Origin: an uncultured Coriobacteriia bacterium
Lineage (GTDB): Bacteria; Actinomycetota; Coriobacteriia; Anaerosomatales; JAAXUF01
Reading direction: 5' to 3'
Length of the DNA stretch: 64,000 bases
Assembly: GCA_963803785.1 (NCBI GenBank)
Contig: CAWDNM010000006.1
Location: 760,135 to 824,134 of the forward strand
Made by a program: the position numbers and the translations under genes. Below the pieces are notes generated by a model. It was not told where the DNA came from and did not search any database. It saw nothing but the letters and a program-made list of their open reading frames with translations. Positions 42,343 through 52,158 of this stretch are shown in pieces (within the stretch, counting starts at the first letter, position 1; each line of letters begins with the position of its first letter).

Positions 42343-43580
42343 CTACTCAACCAGAAGAAGCTCCGCTACAACCAGCCCGCTCGGATTCCTCGGCGATCCA
42401 TTGACTCGGACCTCGAAGTGAAGATGTGGCCCCGTGGCGTTCCCCGTACTCCCTACACCGCCGACTCGTTCACCACGCTCCACGTCCTGGCCCACCCGGA
42501 CCTTAATCGCACCAGCAGCCTGATGCGGATAGAGGGTGACGACCCCATCACCGTGATCGATCATCACTGTGTTGCCGTAACCGCCACGGTACCCGGTGTA
42601 GATGACCTTGCCCGAGCCTGCAGCGATAATCGCACTGCCTTCGGGAGCTCCAATGTCGAGTGCGGGGTGAAGTCTCTCGCCCGTGAAACGGGCAGGTTCG
42701 CCGACCATACGGGGATGTGACTCGATGCGATGCGGGCACCGGCCACGTCATCTTGCCGTTGTACCGACCTGATCCGCCATTACTCCCGGCCAGTTGGCCC
42801 GCGATGCGCAGAGACTCTGCCTCCTCAGCATCAGCCAAGGCCCTCAGGCGTTTCGCGTTCTGCTTTGTGTTGACCATCATGCTCGTGCGGTTCGCCTTAG
42901 CGCTCGCAACCTGCTCGGACTGTTGCCAAGCGTTGCGCCTGCAGTTCCCTCAGCTGTCCTTCTGCCCGGCTCGCCTCATTGCGCTTCAGTTCGGCTGACG
43001 AAAGTGCCCGGTCCAAGAGAACCTGGTCACGGGCAAGCGCTTCTCCTATGCGCTCCAAGTCCAATGCGACGAGCGTGTTCGCCTCCAGGACGCGGGACAC
43101 CAACTCCGTTCTGAGCACCAAGTCCGAGATGCCACGCGAGTCGACTAGCACTTCGAGGTAAGGAACCAGTCGCCTTGTCGGTAGCGTGGCGTTGACCCGC
43201 TTGGCGAGAAGGGCACGTTGACGTTCCTGCTCGGCGGAGTTGGCTTCGAGTCGCGCCCTGGCGACGGAGGACCTCCCCGGCCAAGACATCGACTTCGCGC
43301 TGCAGTCGGCTGCTTCGCAGGGTCGCATCGGCGACCAGTGGATCAAGCTCGTCCACCAGTGCTAAGGCGGCCTCGATCCGTCGGTCAAGATCCGCGATCT
43401 CCGTCCGCAAGCCGTTGGGCTTCCCGGTCAGCAGCCTGTCGCGCCTCGGCGTGCCTCCGAAGCACGACGTTCGTGCGCCCGCGCGGCACCGGCCTTCGCA
43501 GCGTAGCCAGCCTGGATAGGCATCGCCATGGCGAGGGCAGTCGTTAGAGCGAGCACGCAGCCCACCCGCGCCGAGAACAT
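42343..43580 (-). CDS. M23 (LytM-type) metallopeptidase with signal peptide and long coiled-coil N-terminus (about four frame changes)
   Basis: Catalytic motifs HPALDIGAPEG and GPHLHFEVRVNG (track ORF 42343..42708). The coiled coil is LRTEIADLDRRIEAALALVDELD...LEANSAEQERQRALLAKRVNA...RAEGQLRELQAQR. The signal peptide is MFSARVGCVLALTTALAMAMPIQAG (start 43580). Confidence 0.8.
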
Positions 43581-43599
43581 CACCTGTGAGCGTCTCGGG

Positions 43600-45694
43600 T
43601 CACTGTCCGCCCTTCTTCGGCCATGCGGCGAGCGCCGCACCCAGCAGAAGAAGGGCGAAGCCTCCCCACGCAAAGCCGATCAGAGGGGTTGATCTTCACG
43701 TTCATCGACAGCTGACCGCCCTGAGTGCCTTCCCAGACAACGAAGACGTCACGAAGAGGCTCAGACATCACCGATGCGTCGCGCCGGGACTGCCCTGCTT
43801 CGAGCGAACTGCGTCTGTCCAGGGGTGATGTCGCCGAGCTGACGCCCGTTACGCGACACGCCAAAGACGGCGGTGGACTTGGTGTCGCCGTTGACTTGCT
43901 GGATCTCCTTCGTACTCCTTGTAGGTGAACGTGTAGTCAGAGACCGTGAATGTGGCGCCTGGCTGTCGGCGACAACGGTACGCACGTCGCGCACGTACAT
44001 CGATGAACCCACGAGGCCGATCAGGATGATGCCCATCCCGATGTGCGCGAGGTAGCCACCGGACTGTGTCCGGGCCTTGAGGAGGATGTTGCCGAGCGCG
44101 GCGAGCATGCCCTTCGTTCTTCGCCGCCGCACGCTTGCGGGTGCCATCGATGAAGAGCCATGTCGTGTTCGAGATGATCAGCGAAGCAGCGGCGAGTCCG
44201 AGTATCGCAATCGCGCTGTAGATGATCTCAGGACCATAGGCGAGGAAGCGCCTTGGCGTTCGTGCCGCCCTCGGCGACCATCGCCGAATAGACTGGACGA
44301 AGGTTGAACCACCACTCGGCCGCGAGCAGTGCGAACAGCACGGCGGCACCGATGAGGGGCGTCGTGATCCGGTTCCAGAACGTCGAACCATCCGTCCTTC
44401 GCCAAACCAGTATCGGGCAGACGGCGATGATGAGCGCGTACAGTACGCCGAGCGGACGTGCGATCAGGTTGTACGCAGTGGCGCTCATCGACTGTCCGCC
44501 GAATGGCAACCACGAGGGCAGCGCCGACGAGACCGTCAGGTAGGCGACCAGGAGCCCCGCCAAGCAGCATGATCACGTTGTTGAAGTAGTACGCCGCCTC
44601 TTTGCCGGTGAACGACTCGAACTCATCGTTACCAGCGAACGTGGCCCAGCGGATACCAGAGCCCGATTGCTGCGGCGACGACGGCCCCGATGATCATCGT
44701 GAGGAAGAGCACTAGCGATACGGGGTCCTTCTCAAACGCGTGCACAGACTGCACTACGCCTGACCTCGTGATGAACGTGCCGAGGATCACGAGCGCGAAC
44801 GTGAATGCCGCCATCATGACGGTCCAACGCTTGAAGCCGTCACGACGCCGATAGATGGTGAAGCTGTGGATGAGACCGACGCCGGTCAGCCAAGGCAGAA
44901 GGGAGGCGTTCTCGACCGGGTCCCACGCCCAGTAGCCTCCCCAGCCGAGCACGACGTAGGCCCACACCGAACCCAGACCGATACCCGCGCCGAGGAACAG
45001 CCACGAGAACACGGTGATTCGGTCGACGATCTTGACCCATGCGTCTGACCCGTCGTTGACGATGAGCGAGGCGATGGCGAACGCGAAGGGAATCGTGAGA
45101 CCCGCGTAGCCAATGAACAGTGTCGGAGGGTGCAGAATCATCGCCCAGTGCTGCAGGAGCGGGTTCATCGCTGCGTCCACAAGGAGCTCGCCGTTCGGGC
45201 CGAGCCACCCGGCGGGTGATGTCCTTGAACGGGTTGTTGGGAGCCGGAGAGCATCATGCCGGCAGTGAACATCGCGAGGATCAGGTTCGTGACTGGCCAA
45301 GCCCATGTTCGACAGCCTGTCGGTGATGTCCATTCGACGGTAGGCGATCCATGCGGCGAACATAGCGAGCAGCCACGCCCAGAAGAGCAGGGAACCCTCA
45401 CGCCCCGCCCACAGGCCTGAGAGCTTGTAGAGCCAGGCCAGGCTCGACACGTCTGTGCTGTGATTCTCAACGACGTACATCAGCGAGAAGTCGTTGCCGA
45501 AGAAGCCCGGCCACGATGATCAGGTTGGCCACGGTCAGTGCTGCGGCGGCGATGAACGTCGCGAGGTAGCCGGGGTGGAGCCCGGTCACCGGCTCCTCGC
45601 CCCCGGGTCCGGTTCGCATCCTTGGAAGCACGAATAGGGAGAAGATCGATGCGAGTAGCGCTACTCCGAGCGCTACGGTGCCAAACGTTGCCAT
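43600..45694 (-). CDS. ccmF: CcmF/NrfE-family cytochrome c-type biogenesis (heme lyase) membrane protein (about seven frame changes)
   Basis: ATG at 45694 after AGGAGG. Characteristic segments are FFGNDFSLMYVVENHS, LYKLSGLWAGREGSLLFWAW and the W-rich heme-handling motif GWGGYWAWDPVENASLLPWL. Many TM segments. The tail ...VKINPLIGFAWGG...AAWPKKGGQ ends with a stop at 43600-43602. Confidence 0.8.
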
Positions 45695-45745
45695 GGGTCC
45701 TCCTGAGGCGCCTGCGATCTGGCAGGCGATGTGTGGTCTGGTCCG

Positions 45746-46827
45746 CTACGGGCGACATGCGCCGACGTAGTCGCTGTGCAGGGCTGAGATCTTCACGACG
45801 TCGCCTGTTCGAGGCGAGTGGATCATCATGCCGCCACCGACATAGATGCCGACGTGGTGGATGGGGCTTCCAAAGAAGACGAGATCGCCGGGCTGAAGGT
45901 CGCCTCTACTCACTCGCTGGCCAGCGAAGATCTGGGCCCGGCTCACCCGTGGCAGCCGAACTCCGACCTGCCTGTAGACGTACATGGTGAACCCGCTGCA
46001 GTCGAAGGTGTTCGGGCCTTGTGCGCCCCAGACGTACCGCGCACCGAGGTATCGCTTCGCGACTGAGACGACCTCAGACCGAGCAGCTCGTGTCGGTGGC
46101 GGGAAGGTGCGACCACCCGGATTCGGACCTGCGAGACTGCTCGAGCAGCCTCGCTCGGCACGCCTTCGCTCTTCGGCCCTATCGAGTGCAGCGACCTGCG
46201 CTTCGAGTCCCGAAAGCATTCGTTTGCGGTCGGCGAGCTTGGCCTTCGATCGACTTCTTGCGAGCTGGCGAGGTTGCGCGAGACTGCGGCAGCCTGATCG
46301 GTGCGCTGCTCTAGCGTCTTTCGCGCCTCGGCCTGTTCGGCCTTCGCCACTTTCAGATCTGCGACAGTACGAGCGTCATCTTCGTTCTGTTCGCGAAGGA
46401 AGTCCCACGTCTGGCGAACGCCTCGAAGTCCGATACGCCGAGCAGCACGTCCACGAAGCCGAGGACCGTTTCGGTACATGCTCGCGGCACGCGAGTCGAG
46501 GCGCGCTTGCATCGCCTTAGTACGTTTCGTGGTCGCTTGAGTCTCTTGGCGGCGGCCTTCTCCTGTTTGGCGAGGTTGCGTGTGACGCTCCTGAGCGTCG
46601 TTGAAGTCCTCCGAGAGAATCTCAGTCTGCTTATCGAGGACATCGACCTGGACCTTGACCCTCCTGGCACGGGCGATCATCTCGTCCCTAGGTGCGGCGT
46701 TCGCGCACGGCGACGAGAGGGTGGCGGCAGCAACAGCACGGATGCCGCTGATGGAGGCCGCGACCAAGGTCAGGGCCAGGCCTCGGCGAGACCCGCTCCG
46801 GTCGCGACCGACTACCGACCGCCGCAC
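45746..46827 (-). CDS. NlpC/P60 (C40) peptidoglycan endopeptidase with signal peptide and coiled-coil N-terminus (about four frame changes)
   Basis: The catalytic region is YVWGAQGPNTFDCSGFTMYVYRQVG...GDLVFFGSPIHHVGIYVGGGMMIH (track ORF 45746..46219). The N-terminal coiled coil is VKVQVDVLDKQTEILSEDFNDAQ...VADLKVAKAEQAEARKTLEQ. The GTG start at 46827 overlaps the upstream stop (TAGTG). Confidence 0.8.
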
Positions 46828-47496
46828 TAGCGAACCACCAGCGTGCCGCGATCCATATCCATCCCACATGCGAAGGCATACGTGCCGGGCTCCAAGCGCC
46901 GGCAGCTTCACCGTCACGGGACCACCCTCCAGGCTCTGTCGGATCGTTCAACTCAGGGAAGACCACCTCTGCAAGGCACCCAGAACCTTGACCGAAGGTG
47001 ATCTCGACTGGCTTGCCGGCCTCAGCAGTCAGCTGCGACGGCGCGAACGAACCTGAGGATGTGTCCACCGTCAGAGCCTGGCCCTGCCGGATGGCTTCGC
47101 TGCCGCACTCTCGGCAGGAGCGGAAGCAGCACTCTCAATAGGAGCGGATGTCGCAGCCGGAGCTGATGCGTCGACCAAGCCGGTTGGGGCGAGGGCCTGG
47201 CGCACGCTCTCTTCCGTGGCCTTCGACTCACAGAATCCGGCCTCGAGCGTCGACGTCTTGAAGTTGTACGTGGCGGTGTTCATGCCGTCGGCAGGGTTCA
47301 GGGCAGCGAACAGAGTCTCTGCCGTCTTGGTGGGATCCGCGTCTGCCGGAACAGCCAGTGCGATCGTCGCCGTCGAGCACGGTTGGCCTTGCGAGAAGGT
47401 CTGACTGATTGAATCGCCCTCGATCTGAGGCTTGGTGGTCTGATTACCGACAACCATCGCGATCACGATGACCGAGCCGACGATGACTGCGGTCAC
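46827..47496 (-). CDS. membrane-anchored protein with C-terminal cupredoxin-like domain (about two frame changes)
   Basis: The N-terminal TM is VTAVIVGSVIVIAMVVGNQ. An Ala/Ser/Pro linker follows. The cupredoxin-like fold is LTVDTSSGSFAPSQLTAEAGKPVEITFGQGSGCLAEVVFPELN...VTVKLPALEPGTYAFACGMDMDRGTLVVR-stop (46827-46829). Confidence 0.65.
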
Positions 47497-47551
47497 GAGG
47501 TTGCGCTTGGCAGCTCCGGTGAGGCCGGTCGCCTTCGCGCTCGTCGTCGCC

Positions 47552-48414
47552 TCAAGCTTGGCGTCGGGGGCCGATTCCGCCGCGCACTTTGAGGGGCGCC
47601 TTTTCCGTTGCCCTTGAGCTCGCGGCGGCTTTCGACTTGAGCGAAGGATGTTGACGCACTTCGCGGGCGCGTTTCGAGTAGCCGCGACCGAGGCGGGTCA
47701 TCTTGCGACGAACAGCCATGATGAAGAATGCAGCCAGCTGCGATAGCAACAAGGATGACGACGATCTGCGCCGTCGAGCCTGAGGAGGTCGAGTCGACGC
47801 ACCTGATGCCGGGGCTGCTCCCACTTGATATGAGAACGTCATGTCAAGCTGGTCACCCGGCTTAACGTCCTTCACCGACTTGGTGTAGAAGCTGTAGCCG
47901 GAGTCGCCCGGCTGCAGCGCAGCTCCAGGAGCCGCCTGAACAATCTGGGCGCTCTGTGGGATCCGCGCACTCAGCCGAACTTCCGGTACTGCTTGAGTCG
48001 CCGTCCACTTCACGGCGGGCGTGTAATTCTTGCCATCGAAGCCGGCAGCGTCGCTCGTCACGATTTCAATCTGCGCGATGCGCGACTTCGTTAACGTGAA
48101 CCGGTACACGTCCGAACCGTCCACCGTCGACTTGGTGTATGTGAGCTCGGGATCAGCCGATGGGATCGCCGCCAAGTATCTGACCGACCCACTGAAGCGA
48201 TGAGCCCGCCGGCACGGAGAGCTCTGCCTCGGCAGGCAACTTGGTTGACTCCGGAAGCTCGCCGGACACGAGCAACACGCCACCCGACTGCTCCGAGTGC
48301 AACGTGACATCGACCCGCTGCCCAGTCTTGGGGCTCGGCGATGGCGGATCCGGCCCAAAGAAGGACGGATACAAGCATGGCGAGGGGAAGTAGAAGACGA
48401 AGCGTACGACGCAT
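47552..48414 (-). CDS. hypothetical secreted/membrane-anchored protein (about two frame changes)
   Basis: Signal peptide MRRTLRLLLPLAMLVSVLLWAGSAIA after AGGAGAG. The ectodomain is VDVTLHSEQSGGVLLVSGELPES...YRFTLTKSRIAQIEIVTSDAAGFDGKNYTPAVKWTATQ..DMTFSYQVG. A C-terminal hydrophobic stretch and a basic tail follow. No family recognised. Confidence 0.55.
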
Positions 48415-49275
48415 GGGGACTCTCCTGACCTGGGGCTCAACGACGGCAAAGTACCGTCGGAGGTCAGATGCGGAGAGCGGAGACCTTTAGTAGAACGCGG
48501 CGTGGAAGCGAGTGGGGTGCCTGCCATGAACACGACCTCGCGAGAACCCCCCCATCAAGGAGCAGCATCAGGTCAAAGGCCGACCTGCACACGCACTTGA
48601 GCCTGCGGGCGAGTCTTGCGAGTGGGCGTGAACGCTCAGCTCCGGTACAGCATGAATGGGCGCAACCGAAAGCCATGCCGTCGGCACAGAGCGATAGGAT
48701 CACTGCACCGACCAAGACGCAGCGATATGATGAGGATGAGCTTGAGCGTATTCATGTTGAACCGATCTAATGCAAGCATCGTGCCTTGTGGGCTCTGAGG
48801 GGGGACTTTCCTGCCCATCTGCCCAAGTGAGCATCGACACACATCCCAGAACCACCGCCGGCACGGAGTAGTCATCGCCGGGCCAGAACGCTTACCTGAA
48901 CCCGAGGAGCGTAGGTGCTGGACGCCGCGCACGCAAACGTAGATATCGTGGAGAAGCCCAGATCGGGCGCAGCCAAGAATCGCCTGCCATGCCCGACCTT
49001 CCCTCGAAAGCGGCGTCAGGTGCTTGAGCTCAGGATTGAGAGTACCTGGGTCGGGGCCGTTTGGATCCTCGCAGGACGCGCTGTCTGAGGGACTCAGAGA
49101 CTCGATTGGCGCGGCCCATCTCATGTCACCTGGCCCCAAGCCGAGTGTGTCCTCTCGCTGGGCACCGAAGTAGGTGTTTCTACTATAGAGACACATGGCA
49201 TTCACGCCCCGAAGGCGTCCGGGCGTCAACCGACTCACAAACACAGCGTATTCACAAGAATCGCAGCAGCCTCAA

Positions 49276-49302
49276 GGCGTCCGCTCGATGCCTTTGCTGG
49301 GC
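49276..49302 (+). repeat. dispersed ~45-nt repeat, copy A (most diverged)
   Basis: GGCGTCCGCTCGATGCCTTTGCTGGGC. Compare copies B, C and D. Confidence 0.5.
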
Positions 49303-49319
49303 ACCGGCTGTCAGCCGTG

Positions 49320-49520
49320 CTACCGCGCCTGCGAACCGCGATTCGACTTGTCGCGGCTGAGCCGGTCAGCGGCCACAGCGAACCACTCGATGAGCGCTCC
49401 GACGAGTGCCCCAATCGCGATCCCTGGAAGTAAGCTGTGGCCAGGGCGCGCAATCGAAAGACCAATGAAGAGTCCGATCCCCGCCCCAGCGAATGCCAGG
49501 TAGCCGAAGCGCTTCGCCAT
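49320..49520 (-). CDS. small hypothetical membrane protein
   Basis: Track ORF 49320..49571. Two hydrophobic helices (FGYLAFAGAGIGLFIGLSIA, LLPGIAIGALVGALIEWFAVA). The start is taken at MAKRFGY (49520), 9 nt after GAAGGG. Earlier in-frame starts are possible. Confidence 0.5.
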   Translation of the reverse strand: MAKRFGYLAFAGAGIGLFIGLSIARPGHSLLPGIAIGALVGALIEWFAVAADRLSRDKSNRGSQAR

Positions 49521-49587
49521 TCCAGCCATCCCTTCGTGCGCCCAACGTCGTGCGCATGAGCGGACGAGCACGCGCTGTCTGGTCGAT

Positions 49588-49625
49588 TCTACCTGTTGGC
49601 GTTCTGCTCGATGCGCTTGTTCGAC
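49588..49625 (+). repeat. dispersed ~45-nt repeat, copy B
   Basis: TCTACCTGTTGGCGTTCTGCTCGATGCGCTTGTTCGAC, in the divergent intergenic region between 49520(-) and 49686(+). Confidence 0.6.
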
Positions 49626-49685
49626 AGCGCGCGCACTGACAAGTGGGTAGGTTCTTCCCTACGACGATAGAGAGGGGCAACCGCC

Positions 49686-50030
49686 ATGACAATGGCCAAT
49701 GATCTCTTGCAGGGCTGGCGCGACAACTTCACAGTGCACCGCGTCTTCGGTGATCCGGTCGAGAAGGAAGATGTGACTGTCATCCCCGTGGCGATGGTCG
49801 CGGGGGGCGGTGGAGGGGGCAACGCCCCGTCGGAAGGCGAAAGCGAAGCAGAGGGCTCGGGCAGCGGCTTCGGTGGGATGGCCCGGCCAGCCGGGGTGTA
49901 CGTCATACGCGCTGATAGCGTTGAGTGGCAACCAGCGATCGATGTTACGAGGCTGGGCATGGCTGGCATCGCGCTAGCCGCACTCATCACCGTGACAGTG
50001 GGCGTGGCGATACGGCGACGCCAGCGATAG
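49686..50030 (+). CDS. GerW/YtfJ-family (Spore_YtfJ-like) protein with C-terminal TM segment
   Basis: VHRVFGDPVEKEDVTVIPVAMVAGGGGGG...GSGFGGMARPAGVYVIRADSVEWQPAIDV matches the YtfJ/GerW pattern (FGEPIE..G.T.IPVA.V..GGGGG ... P.G.Y.I....V.W.PA.D) from memory. Confidence 0.7.
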   Translation: MTMANDLLQGWRDNFTVHRVFGDPVEKEDVTVIPVAMVAGGGGGGNAPSEGESEAEGSGSGFGGMARPAGVYVIRADSVEWQPAIDVTRLGMAGIALAALITVTVGVAIRRRQR

Positions 50031-50155
50031 TCGTGTTACGGCGAGAGCCGCTGGTCGCAGGCATGTGTTCATGGAATACGCGGTAGTCGCCTGCGGCCGG
50101 GAAGTCGGGACTGGGTCTGTCGAACGTGTTACGCATGAGCAGACGCGCATGCCCG

Positions 50156-50204
50156 CTCAGGTCAGTCTACGTTCTGGCGTTCTGCTCGATACCTTTGTTG
50201 GGCG
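50156..50204 (+). repeat. dispersed ~45-nt repeat, copy C
   Basis: CTCAGGTCAGTCTACGTTCTGGCGTTCTGCTCGATACCTTTGTTGGGCG, between convergent genes 49686..50030(+) and 50233..50634(-). Confidence 0.6.
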
Positions 50205-50232
50205 AATCTCGGTGTCCCGGGGGTGTCGGCCG

Positions 50233-50634
50233 CTACCCAGGCTCTGGGAGAAGACCATCAAGGATGCCCGCCACATGCTCGACGATCTCAGAGCAGACCT
50301 GCTTCTGTTCGGGTGACCCGCGCTCGAGCTTCCCGCCCAAGGCCCTGCAGCACGTAACCCTGTACGTCTTCTTGAACTCATCGACGAGGGACTTCGCCTT
50401 CTCTGCGCATACCATTGGGTCTTGGTCCGCGTTGGTCCGGCCATAGGTCGCACCGATAACGATCTGCGCTCCAGCAAGGGCTCCGCAGACACACCCGGAC
50501 ACCATGCCTTGCCCGAAACCTGTCGCCAGCCTGACGTACTCCTCTGGGACACGACCTTCTTCTGCCGCCGCCTTCAGGATCGATTCGGCGCAGACGTACC
50601 CCTCGAAGTAGAGTTCCTTCGCTCGCGCCTTCAA
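50233..50634 (-). CDS. C_GCAxxG_C_C-family protein
   Basis: 133-aa ORF (TTG start 9 nt after GAGGAGGA). The family signature is ...VCAESILKAAAEE...GMVSGCVCGALAGAQIVIG...TCCRAL. Confidence 0.75.
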   Translation of the reverse strand: MKARAKELYFEGYVCAESILKAAAEEGRVPEEYVRLATGFGQGMVSGCVCGALAGAQIVIGATYGRTNADQDPMVCAEKAKSLVDEFKKTYRVTCCRALGGKLERGSPEQKQVCSEIVEHVAGILDGLLPEPG

Positions 50635-50798
50635 CTCAGTCCTCCTCGACTGGACGTGCGGTCCATCGCCTTGGGGAGCACGATCACACTCGCGGGATTA
50701 GGCCCGGGATGGTCATCGCGCGAAACCGACCGCCTTGGGCCCGCCTGCCGTTGTCGATTCCGCCTAACGTGTCTTGCTTGACCTGCGGCGCAGGCACC

Positions 50799-50848
50799 CT
50801 CAGGTCAGACTAACTTCCTGGCCGTCAGGTTGAAGCCATTGTTGGGCG
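50799..50848 (+). repeat. dispersed ~45-nt repeat, copy D
   Basis: CTCAGGTCAGACTAACTTCCTGGCCGTCAGGTTGAAGCCATTGTTGGGCG. It shares the first 10 nt and the last 12 nt exactly with copy C, and is ~70% identical overall. Confidence 0.55.
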
Positions 50849-50907
50849 TGCGGATCTCACGTTGTGGGTCGGTGCGCCAGCGATTCGACGCTACACGGTG
50901 TCACACA

Positions 50908-51765
50908 TCAGAAGTCCGGGTCCGGGAATGTCGGCTCACGACCCTCGGTGAAGGCCTTGATACCTTCGACGCGGTCGGGATTGACGACCGAGCGCCAATG
51001 CTGGTCCATCATGATCGCGATGGCTTGCTCCACTGGCTCGCCCTGTCCGTTCTGAACCGCACGCTTGACCGACTGGACTGCAGTAGGCGAGTTCTGTGCA
51101 ATCTTGTCAGCGATGGCCAACGCGGCGTTCATCAGCTCAGTTCGGGGATGAACCTCGTTGACCATTCCGAGTCGGTAGGCTTCTTGCGCGGTTATCGGTT
51201 CGCCGGTCATCAACATCTGCATGGCCTTGCCCGGAGGAAGCACCCGAGGAAGGAACACGGGCGAGCCACCCCCGGCGGACAGACCGACCATCGCCTCGGG
51301 CTGACCGAAGACAGCGTCATCAGAAGCGATGATGAAGTCAGTACTGATGGCCATTTCGCAGCCGCCGCCGTAGGCCATTCCGTGGACTGCGGTGAAGATC
51401 GGCCTCCGCAGCTGACGCAGGTTGTAGAGAACGCGGTCGAAGACCTGGCGCTGGCGCAGCCACTCCTCCCTCGTCATCTGCTTGCGCTCGTAGAGGTCCC
51501 CGCCAACCGAAAATGCGCGGTCGCCTGCGGAAGTGAGAATGGCGACGCGCACAGAAGGTCGCGCCGCAATCGTCTCGAGTATCTCGATCAACTGCGCCGC
51601 CAGCGCCGTCGTTACCGCGTTGTCGGCATGGGGTCGGTTCAGCGTGATGATGGCGATGCGAGCGTCGGACACGTAGTCGACGAGTACGAGCTGGTCGGGC
51701 TCAGGTTCGTCCAGCGGCGGACGGTAGCCGAGGCGCTTCATGCGTGTGTCAGTGCTGCCAGACAT
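50908..51765 (-). CDS. enoyl-CoA hydratase/isomerase (crotonase) family protein
   Basis: Intact ORF. IAIITLNRPHADNAV, SAGDRAFSVGGDL, AVHGMAYGGGCEMAISTDFIIASDDAVFGQPE and EGIKAFTEGREPTF. Start placed at MSGSTDT (51765) after GGAGAGAG; the track ORF extends to 51828. Confidence 0.85.
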   Translation of the reverse strand: MSGSTDTRMKRLGYRPPLDEPEPDQLVLVDYVSDARIAIITLNRPHADNAVTTALAAQLIEILETIAARPSVRVAILTSAGDRAFSVGGDLYERKQMTREEWLRQRQVFDRVLYNLRQLRRPIFTAVHGMAYGGGCEMAISTDFIIASDDAVFGQPEAMVGLSAGGGSPVFLPRVLPPGKAMQMLMTGEPITAQEAYRLGMVNEVHPRTELMNAALAIADKIAQNSPTAVQSVKRAVQNGQGEPVEQAIAIMMDQHWRSVVNPDRVEGIKAFTEGREPTFPDPDF

Positions 51766-52158
51766 TCTCTCTCCAATCATCATCGCTCCCCAGGGAGCAA
51801 CTGGCTCTACTGCCGAATTTCGAGTCATAACGACATGCGCGTGAGAATGAAGGTGAACTCTCGCTAGGTGTGCCCGTCTCAGCCGGGTAGCCGAATCCCG
51901 CCTTACCGTTGTATGCGCTCACGTCTCCAAACGCGGCTGTCCATATGCTCGTCGTGTAGCACGGAGTTGTCCAGCAGGTGAGTGCGCCCCCGCGTCCTGC
52001 GGACGCGGCGAAGGTGTGCGTCAATGGGGTAACATCTTACCTGCTGGTAAGGGACCCGCCGCATCGCCGACGGGTAGCAAGTGACGGGGTCAAGAAGCCG
52101 GATGCCCCCTCCACATTAACCAGCGACCATCAGGAAGACCGAGTCGGGAGGATTCAAC

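Noticed and set aside
48636-49244. A 202-aa minus-strand ORF considered as a possible decayed transposase or island gene.
   Set aside because: No recognisable motif (no DDE, HTH or recombinase signature), odd composition, and no terminal inverted repeats around it.
49276-50848. Reading the dispersed ~45-nt repeats as integron attC sites, because copies C and D contain GTTGGGC, which fits the GTTRRRY core.
   Set aside because: No complementary RYYYAAC core or imperfect palindrome lies upstream in any copy. The bracketed genes have mixed orientations. The only recombinase nearby is a short enzyme, not IntI-like, 4.4 kb away.
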